From positions 60,001-92,000 of the forward strand of contig OW818668.1 of the NCBI GenBank assembly GCA_942493105.1: a stretch of DNA of 32,000 bases, given 5' to 3'. The position numbers and the translations under genes are program-made. How positions within the stretch are numbered: the stretch's first letter is position 1; every line of letters starts with the position of its first letter. Shown here piece after piece: positions 26,502-32,000 of this stretch. Under the pieces are notes generated by a model, which saw nothing but the letters and a program-made list of their open reading frames with translations, was not told where the DNA came from and did not search any database. Source of the DNA: an uncultured Erysipelotrichaceae bacterium. GTDB lineage: Bacteria; Bacillota_I; Bacilli_A; Erysipelotrichales; Erysipelotrichaceae.

Positions 26502-27863
26502 TTAAACAATGAACGAAATAGCCAACAAGAGTACCAGTGAAGCCAATATATACTTGGAGTTACCTTTAACGACTTGTAAAATAGGAATCTGGAAACCTGA
26601 AGATTGAGCTTGCATCGTAATGTTGACAAAGCTCATCTGGCTGCCTAAACCAACACCCATCGCAATAAATCCAATGGCTTGAAGTGGCAGACCTAATGTA
26701 ATCGCAACCGGAAGAACCAAAGTAAGGATCGTTCCGACATAAGCACCAGCAGGAACACCGATCGCAAAACCAGCCAATACAGCAACAGGAACCATCATAA
26801 CTTCAGGTGCTGATTTAGCAACACTGACGATGGCACTGAAAGCACCTGTTTCACCGATAATATTAATGAAAGCCAAGAAGATACCAACTTGGAATAAACG
26901 AGTCAAGATGTATGTTGATCCATCGATCAAAGCATCTGCAGATGCTTTCAAGCTGAATTTTGTGCATAATGCGATCAATCCAACAGTAATGAACATGTAC
27001 ATCAGAGGACCCAAAATAGGCATTTTAAGTGCTGTATTGATGTATGGTCCAGCTAATACAGCAAACAATAAGAAGAGTGCAGGAACAGTATTCAACCAAA
27101 GTTCTTTGGTCGACTTATTCTTTATTTCTTCTGTTTCTTCACTTTGGAACAAGGCTTTTCTGCGTTTTGCGCCAACAAAGCCAATAATGACAGCTATGAC
27201 AACAAATACCAACCAGTAAGGACGCATAACATTAACATAATCAGCAACAGGTAAACCTGTTAACTTAGAGATAACGCCAGTTTCCAAAGAAGCTGGAGAA
27301 GTTGTAAAGGATACAGCAGCTGCTAAACACATCGCAGCGATCAATTCAGGAATAGCTCCAACAGCAGCAAAAGCCAAAGGTGCTAAAACCATAGCGGTAC
27401 CTCCGCCAATGCCAGACATATAAGTCGCAGCAGCCATCAAAATAACGATGAAGGCTGCAAAGTATTCAACTCTTCCTTTGATTCCTCTACGAACCAAGGC
27501 TAAAGCAGAAGCATAACCGCCTGATTTAAATACAGCTGTCGCAATCGCTGAGTTGATGATTGGAACTGTAATCGACAACATGGCAGGAATAGCTGCCAAG
27601 AAGATTGTATTAGCTTGACCTAAGGTGATTCCACCAATAACCATGGCCATAACGCCACCAATCAGTCCAGCCACCAACATATTTACTTTTTTAAATAACA
27701 AAATCAAAATGACAACAATCGGTAAGACAGTCAACAAGGCATAAAAACCCGTTGGAATCGGTTTAACAGGAGCTGCCGCTGCTGCGAAAACCGTAACTTG
27801 TGAGCCAAATACAAACAGCAAAGTCGTAAACACAGTCATTGCTCCAAATAAAGTTTTTTTCAT
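26502..27863 (-). CDS. Ion-transporter (IT) superfamily permease, GntP/DsdX-like, substrate unknown
   Basis: About 12 TM segments in two halves, each with a re-entrant-loop-like motif (AAAVSFTTSPASLE; GVGLGSQMSFVNITMQ). The start is ATG 27863 after AAAGGAG, not the TTG at 27878 used in the track. The downstream amidohydrolase gene starts 23 nt after this gene's stop and has its own AGGAGG. Confidence 0.78.
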   Translation of the reverse strand: MKKTLFGAMTVFTTLLFVFGSQVTVFAAAAAPVKPIPTGFYALLTVLPIVVILILLFKKVNMLVAGLIGGVMAMVIGGITLGQANTIFLAAIPAMLSITVPIINSAIATAVFKSGGYASALALVRRGIKGRVEYFAAFIVILMAAATYMSGIGGGTAMVLAPLAFAAVGAIPELIAAMCLAAAVSFTTSPASLETGVISKLTGLPVADYVNVMRPYWLVFVVIAVIIGFVGAKRRKALFQSEETEEIKNKSTKELWLNTVPALFLLFAVLAGPYINTALKMPILGPLMYMFITVGLIALCTKFSLKASADALIDGSTYILTRLFQVGIFLAFINIIGETGAFSAIVSVAKSAPEVMMVPVAVLAGFAIGVPAGAYVGTILTLVLPVAITLGLPLQAIGFIAMGVGLGSQMSFVNITMQAQSSGFQIPILQVVKGNSKYILASLVLLLAISFIV

Positions 27864-27881
27864 TTCTTCTCCTTTCAAGAA

Positions 27882-28001
27882 TACTGATCTTCATCAGTAA
27901 TGATCAACAGCACTTTGCATACCCGTTCCCAAGAATTATGCAGATCTTGTCTTGATCCATTGTGTTTCCACGAGTGATCAAAACATAAACCCTAGTGCTG
28001 T
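27882..28001 (-). other. Candidate structured 5' leader of the permease/amidohydrolase operon
   Basis: An 8-bp closing helix, ACAGCACU (28001-27994) with AGUGCUGU (27914-27907), encloses two 6-bp hairpins: UUGAUC...GAUCAA with an inner GUG-GAAA-CAC, and UGCAUA...UAUGCA. The hairpin UACUGAU-gaag-AUCAGUA (27899-27882) follows, just before the RBS. The class is not recognised. Confidence 0.2.
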
Positions 28002-28181
28002 AAACTTTAAAGCGCTTACATTTTCTCATATGTCCTACTTTCAAACAATGTTTACGATATATGAAAATAAAGCACTTCGTTAGGCAATATGCACAAATTT
28101 GATGTTCAATGTAATCTAGATTGCTTATCTATTTGTTAAAAATGCCCATATCATAAACTTTATAATCTGCTTAGCATCACA

Positions 28182-29108
28182 TCAACTATGAATCTTAGTC
28201 CCACTCAACCCTTGAATGGCTGCTTTAGCTTTGTCTAATGACGCGATGACACTGATTCGATTTGGGTTGTTTTCAACGAAGTTTATGGCAGCCTGTACTT
28301 TAGGCAACATACTGCCTGGGGCAAAGTGTCCTTCAGACATATACTGACGGGCTTCAGCCACACTGATTGATTCTAAGGATTGCTGATTTGGCTTGTTATA
28401 GTTGATCATAACGCGATCCACAGCTGTTAAGATGAACAAGTAATCTACATCCATCAATTCAGCTACTTTAGCTGAGGCAAAATCTTTATCAATGACAGCT
28501 TCTACACCAACCAAACTATTGCCTTTACGGATGACTGGAACGCCACCTCCACCTACAGTAATAACGACCACACCTTGATTAGATAAAGTCTTTATGACTT
28601 CTTTTTCAACGACATCAACAGGTTTTGGACTGGGTACGACACGTCGATAACCTCTGCCTGAGTCTTCAATCATCACAAACCCTTTTGTGCGGCTGACTTC
28701 ATTGGCTTCTTCTAAGGTATAGAAATGACCGATGGGTTTTGTTGGGTTTTGAAAAGCAGGATCATGTTCATCGACCACAACTTGAGTAACCAAAGTAACC
28801 ACATCTTTTTTTATACCGCGATTTTTCAATTCTTCTTGAATCGCATTTTGTAGATGATAACCGATATAACCTTGACTCATTGCACCACACTCCGGAAATG
28901 GAATTTCAGGTGTTTTAACACTCACACTGGCCGCTTCCATGGCGAGGTTGATCATACCTACTTGAGGTCCATTCCCGTGTGCTATGATGAGCTGGTGACC
29001 ATCTTCGATCAAATCAACCAGAGGTTTTGCGGTATCCTTAACTAAGGCAAGCTGTTCTTTGGGATTGTTTCCTAAAGCATTTCCGCCTAACGCAATCACA
29101 ATTTTCAT
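28182..29108 (-). CDS. arcC: Carbamate kinase
   Basis: MKIVIALGGNAL, IAHGNGPQVG, GGGGVPV, AVIDKD.ASA and FAPGSM.PKV are classic carbamate kinase motifs. The RBS is AAAGGAG. Confidence 0.92.
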   Translation of the reverse strand: MKIVIALGGNALGNNPKEQLALVKDTAKPLVDLIEDGHQLIIAHGNGPQVGMINLAMEAASVSVKTPEIPFPECGAMSQGYIGYHLQNAIQEELKNRGIKKDVVTLVTQVVVDEHDPAFQNPTKPIGHFYTLEEANEVSRTKGFVMIEDSGRGYRRVVPSPKPVDVVEKEVIKTLSNQGVVVITVGGGGVPVIRKGNSLVGVEAVIDKDFASAKVAELMDVDYLFILTAVDRVMINYNKPNQQSLESISVAEARQYMSEGHFAPGSMLPKVQAAINFVENNPNRISVIASLDKAKAAIQGLSGTKIHS

Positions 29109-29126
29109 ATTTCTCCTTTAATTGGC

Positions 29127-30740
29127 TTACGCCAAAGTTACGACTACAAACAAGATCGCCCCTACGATAACTGCGGCTGTAATGGTGATCGGTAATACTT
29201 TTTTCAATACGACCCCTTCTTTACCTAAGATTCCGGCCGTTGTGGTTCCAAGTATAATGTTTCCAGGACAAATGGTATTCCCAATGGCCCCACCCGCTGT
29301 TTGTGCACCTAGGATGGCTGCTACATTCAAACCTAATAGTTTTGCTGTTGTTAATTGAAATTCACCAAACAAGATATTAGAAGCCATATTAGAACTGGTC
29401 ATAAAGGCACCTAACATTCCAATAACTGGCGCTAATATCGCATAGAATTTACCCAAAGTTGCTGCAATTCCTTGAGCTAAGATAACCGTTTGTCCTGTAC
29501 CACCCATAATTCGCGACATGATGATAAATCCTAAGACCGCAATCGCAGAAGGAATCGTTTTATCCAACGAACGTTTCAATAAAGCTTTTCCTCCACCAAC
29601 TTTGATCCATTTGTGTCGACTAAAGAAAATAAAGCCAATCAAGGATGAAACCAAAAGGAAGGTTCCAGCATTGATCAAAGGAGCAATCGGTGAAAACAAA
29701 GATGTTGCTGCATTCGTATAACCATATCCGGTAACAGTTTCAGGAAAGGCAAATCCAAACTTGAATGACCCTAAGAAGGTTTTAATCGGTTTGATCAAGA
29801 GTATAAACAAGGTAATACCTGTTAAGACAAAATAAGGCAAAAATGCTTGATGAAGTTTCATGTCTTTTGGTTCATCAGATTCTAAAGCTTGAACATTTAA
29901 ACGATCCATAACTTTACTGTTTTCTAAACGCCATGGTTTATTGTACATTTTTGTTTTACTTAATAAGAAGACAACGATCAATGAGATAACAGCTGGTATG
30001 AAAGCAGCCAAAGTTTGATTGATTTGACTTAACAGGAGTTGTCCACCTCCTTGAATGACAGAGATAACGATAACTGCAGGTAATCCCTTTTTAAGTCCAG
30101 CTTTTCCTCCATAGATCCAACATATTGCGACCCCTGTGATAAAATTCCATATCCAAATGAAAGATGCTGCCCAAAATGCTGTTTGAAGCAATAATGCTGG
30201 ATCAGCAGCTAAGTTGGTTTGTAAGACTAGAGCATCCCAAGCTACAGCCAAGGTACCAAAAGTGTTAGCCCAAGCATGGCCAATTAAAGGAATCAAAACC
30301 GCCCAAATGGGAGTTACACCGATTCCAACTAAAAGTGGTGCCCCAACCGCAACAGGAACTCCAAATCCAGTAATTCCTTGTAAAAAACTCATAAAGACCC
30401 AACCTAAGGCAATGACTTGTACCAATTCATTAGGGGTCACTTTTTGAAGTCCTTGACGAATAACTCCAAAGGCTTTCGCCTCAGTTACTACTTCAAATAC
30501 CAAAACAGCTGGCCATACGACCAATAAAACAACAGCAGCACTCCAGATACCTTTTAATGATTCAATCGCAATCAAACTGAAATCAGCTTTATATAATACA
30601 AATCCTGTAATCATTGCGATTAGTAGTCCAATGGGTGCTGCTTCTGTAGCACCCCATTGAAATTTAACCATCAAAATCAATAATACAACGATGGGTAAAG
30701 CTGCAGTGCCCCACATCAAGGCATTTAATGGAATATCCAT
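29127..30740 (-). CDS. L-lactate permease (LctP) family transporter
   Basis: 537 aa with the LctP signature FLQGITGFGVPVAVGAPLLVGIG and an overall TM pattern like LldP/GlcA. Confidence 0.88.
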   Translation of the reverse strand: MDIPLNALMWGTAALPIVVLLILMVKFQWGATEAAPIGLLIAMITGFVLYKADFSLIAIESLKGIWSAAVVLLVVWPAVLVFEVVTEAKAFGVIRQGLQKVTPNELVQVIALGWVFMSFLQGITGFGVPVAVGAPLLVGIGVTPIWAVLIPLIGHAWANTFGTLAVAWDALVLQTNLAADPALLLQTAFWAASFIWIWNFITGVAICWIYGGKAGLKKGLPAVIVISVIQGGGQLLLSQINQTLAAFIPAVISLIVVFLLSKTKMYNKPWRLENSKVMDRLNVQALESDEPKDMKLHQAFLPYFVLTGITLFILLIKPIKTFLGSFKFGFAFPETVTGYGYTNAATSLFSPIAPLINAGTFLLVSSLIGFIFFSRHKWIKVGGGKALLKRSLDKTIPSAIAVLGFIIMSRIMGGTGQTVILAQGIAATLGKFYAILAPVIGMLGAFMTSSNMASNILFGEFQLTTAKLLGLNVAAILGAQTAGGAIGNTICPGNIILGTTTAGILGKEGVVLKKVLPITITAAVIVGAILFVVVTLA

Positions 30741-30758
30741 GGTTTCTCCTTTTTAGAA

Positions 30759-30788
30759 GATTCCATCACAACTCAATGCGATGGAATC
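30759..30788 (-). other. Intercistronic stem-loop between dctM and the LctP-family gene
   Basis: GATTCCATC-N12-GATGGAATC is a 9-bp stem with no convincing T-run. It more likely acts in mRNA stability or processing than as a terminator. Confidence 0.4.
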
Positions 30789-30807
30789 AGACCCCACTAA
30801 GTAATGT

Positions 30808-32000
30808 TTACCAAACCCCATAGACCAGTCTAGGTAACAATAGACTGATTTCCGGGAAGTATGTAACGATCAGTAAAGCAATCAATGAAATAAGAATGAA
30901 CGGCATTGCTGCCAACGAAAGCTCAGCCATATTTTGTTTGGTGATTCCCACTGCAACAAACAGATTTAATCCAAATGGTGGTGTAAACATACCAATAGCA
31001 GTATTGACCGTCATGATGATTCCCAAATGAATTGGATCGATTCCAGCATTCAGTGCAATTGGCAAGAACAATGGCCCTAAAATTGTGATGATTGAAGCTC
31101 CATCCATAAACATACCTGCTACTAATAGAATGATGTTCATTAGGAGTAGGATAATGTATTTGTTAGAACTGATTGATACCACAGAATTCGAGATTGCCAC
31201 AGTTATGCCTTCAGCAGTCAAGATCCATGCAAAGACAGAAGCGGCTGACAATAAAATCATGACTTGAATGGTTGTGAGTCCAGATTTATATATACAGTTA
31301 AGAACACCTTTAAACGGCAATTCACGATAAACAAACATCGTAACTACCAAAGCATATACAGTTGCAACTGCAGCAGCTTCAGTAGGAGTAAAATAACCTC
31401 CATAAATGCCCCCTAAAATAATTACAGGAACACCCATTCCCCAAGCAGAATCTTTAATGGCTTCCCATCTTTCTTTTAAATTTGCCTTGGGTTCTTTGAT
31501 GATCTGTTTTCGTCTTTTTGCGTAAAAGAAAGTATAAATGATAAACAATAAACCATAAACGATCCCAGCTCCAAAGCCCGACATAAATAGGGCTCCTACA
31601 GATGAACCAGTTACGGTTCCATAAACAATCATGGTAACTGAAGGTGGAATGATTACGCCCAATGAACCAGCCGCCATAATGACGCCTGCTGAGTAAGCTT
31701 TTCCATATCCTTTTTCAATCAACGCTGGATAAAGTAAGGCTCCGATCGCTACGACTGTTGCAGGAGCAGAACCAGAAATGGCTCCAAAAAACATAGAGGC
31801 AATGATGGCAGTCATACCCAACCCACCTGGGATGTCTCTGACAAACACATTGGCTAGTTTGATGATACGACGGGATATGCCACCTTCACTCATAAGGTTG
31901 GCTGCTAAGACAAACAAAGGAATGGCCATCAACGAGAATTTATTCAGTCCTGAAAACATTCTTTGGATGATGATGACCAAATCCAAATCACTAAACAAAG
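30808..32000 (-). CDS. dctM: TRAP transporter large permease subunit (DctM family), N-terminus beyond the window
   Basis: ...IPLFVLAANLMSEGGISRRI... and the overall DctM TM pattern. The reading frame is open to the window edge, and the track's first 'M' is an internal TTG codon. Confidence 0.88.
   Translation of the reverse strand, partial: LFSDLDLVIIIQRMFSGLNKFSLMAIPLFVLAANLMSEGGISRRIIKLANVFVRDIPGGLGMTAIIASMFFGAISGSAPATVVAIGALLYPALIEKGYGKAYSAGVIMAAGSLGVIIPPSVTMIVYGTVTGSSVGALFMSGFGAGIVYGLLFIIYTFFYAKRRKQIIKEPKANLKERWEAIKDSAWGMGVPVIILGGIYGGYFTPTEAAAVATVYALVVTMFVYRELPFKGVLNCIYKSGLTTIQVMILLSAASVFAWILTAEGITVAISNSVVSISSNKYIILLLMNIILLVAGMFMDGASIITILGPLFLPIALNAGIDPIHLGIIMTVNTAIGMFTPPFGLNLFVAVGITKQNMAELSLAAMPFILISLIALLIVTYFPEISLLLPRLVYGVW

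Noticed and set aside
27904-27960. An 18-codon Cys-rich sORF (MDQDKICIILGNGYAKCC) in the permease leader.
   Set aside because: No convincing RBS precedes the ATG, and it lies inside the proposed RNA fold. An apparent longer 41-codon version came from my own transcription slip. The actual upstream frame stops after 16 codons.
27985-27996. ACUAGGGUU at the 5' side of the candidate leader fold resembles the start of the ykkC (guanidine-I) riboswitch consensus.
   Set aside because: I could not find the other conserved ykkC blocks (GGUCCGAGAG, ACGG.GGGA.AAAAGCCCGGGAGA). A 9-nt resemblance alone is not evidence, so the element is left as an unclassified candidate structure.
1480-31267. Many 60-148-aa ORFs antisense to or nested within the large genes. 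Examples: 1480-1707, 1955-2179, 3699-3908, 5031-5219, 5517-5768, 7351-7575, 8345-8620, 9356-9592, 11428-11720, 12726-12929, 15237-15857, 18626-19600, 23406-24110, 24862-25165, 25499-26142, 26830-27219, 28854-29358, 29518-30447 and 31085-31267.
   Set aside because: Each lies entirely within or opposite a gene that has strong family-level motifs. None has a recognisable Shine-Dalgarno sequence or any family signature. Their skewed amino-acid composition is typical of antisense frames.
1-32000. I searched for CRISPR arrays, IS elements and transposases, integrases, prophage genes, toxin-antitoxin pairs and known defence-system hallmarks.
   Set aside because: I found none. There are no spaced direct repeats, no terminal inverted repeats flanking a transposase-like ORF, and no nuclease, ATPase or methylase gene clusters. 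The only repeated DNA elements are the two terminator palindromes and a 27-nt intragenic duplication.

Overview
This looks like a chromosomal window from a low-GC Firmicutes/Mollicutes-type genome. TGA is used as a stop codon, the only tRNA is tRNA-Trp(CCA), and an Acholeplasma-type GT4 glucolipid synthase-like gene is present, so an Acholeplasma-like organism with the standard code is plausible but unproven. The window is densely coded by about 24 genes. In order they are: a truncated SufC-like ABC ATPase start; two tandem PrsA-like foldases; HIT and GyrI-like proteins; a copper operon (copZ-copA-csoR plus an HMA/TM/cupredoxin fusion) with a clear CsoR operator; yhaM; a GT4-RecX fusion; PFOR (nifJ); a MATE exporter; a GDPD esterase; pyrR; tRNA-Trp; a monocistronic 1150-aa orphan; a 4-repeat lipoprotein; nagA; an EamA transporter; and a minus-strand block of transporter and catabolic genes (TRAP DctM, LctP-family permease, carbamate kinase, IT-superfamily permease, CodA-like amidohydrolase). 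I found no CRISPR array, transposase, integrase, phage gene or recognisable defence system. The best candidates for something undescribed are: (1) the 1150-aa cytoplasmic protein, whose motifs resemble the GH94-clan glycoside-phosphorylase active site; (2) the CodA-fold amidohydrolase, in which two normally catalytic residues appear substituted and which is co-transcribed with a permease; (3) the GT4-RecX single-ORF fusion; (4) the repeat lipoprotein bracketed by near-identical palindromic hairpins. All functional calls rest on motif recognition from memory, not on database searches.
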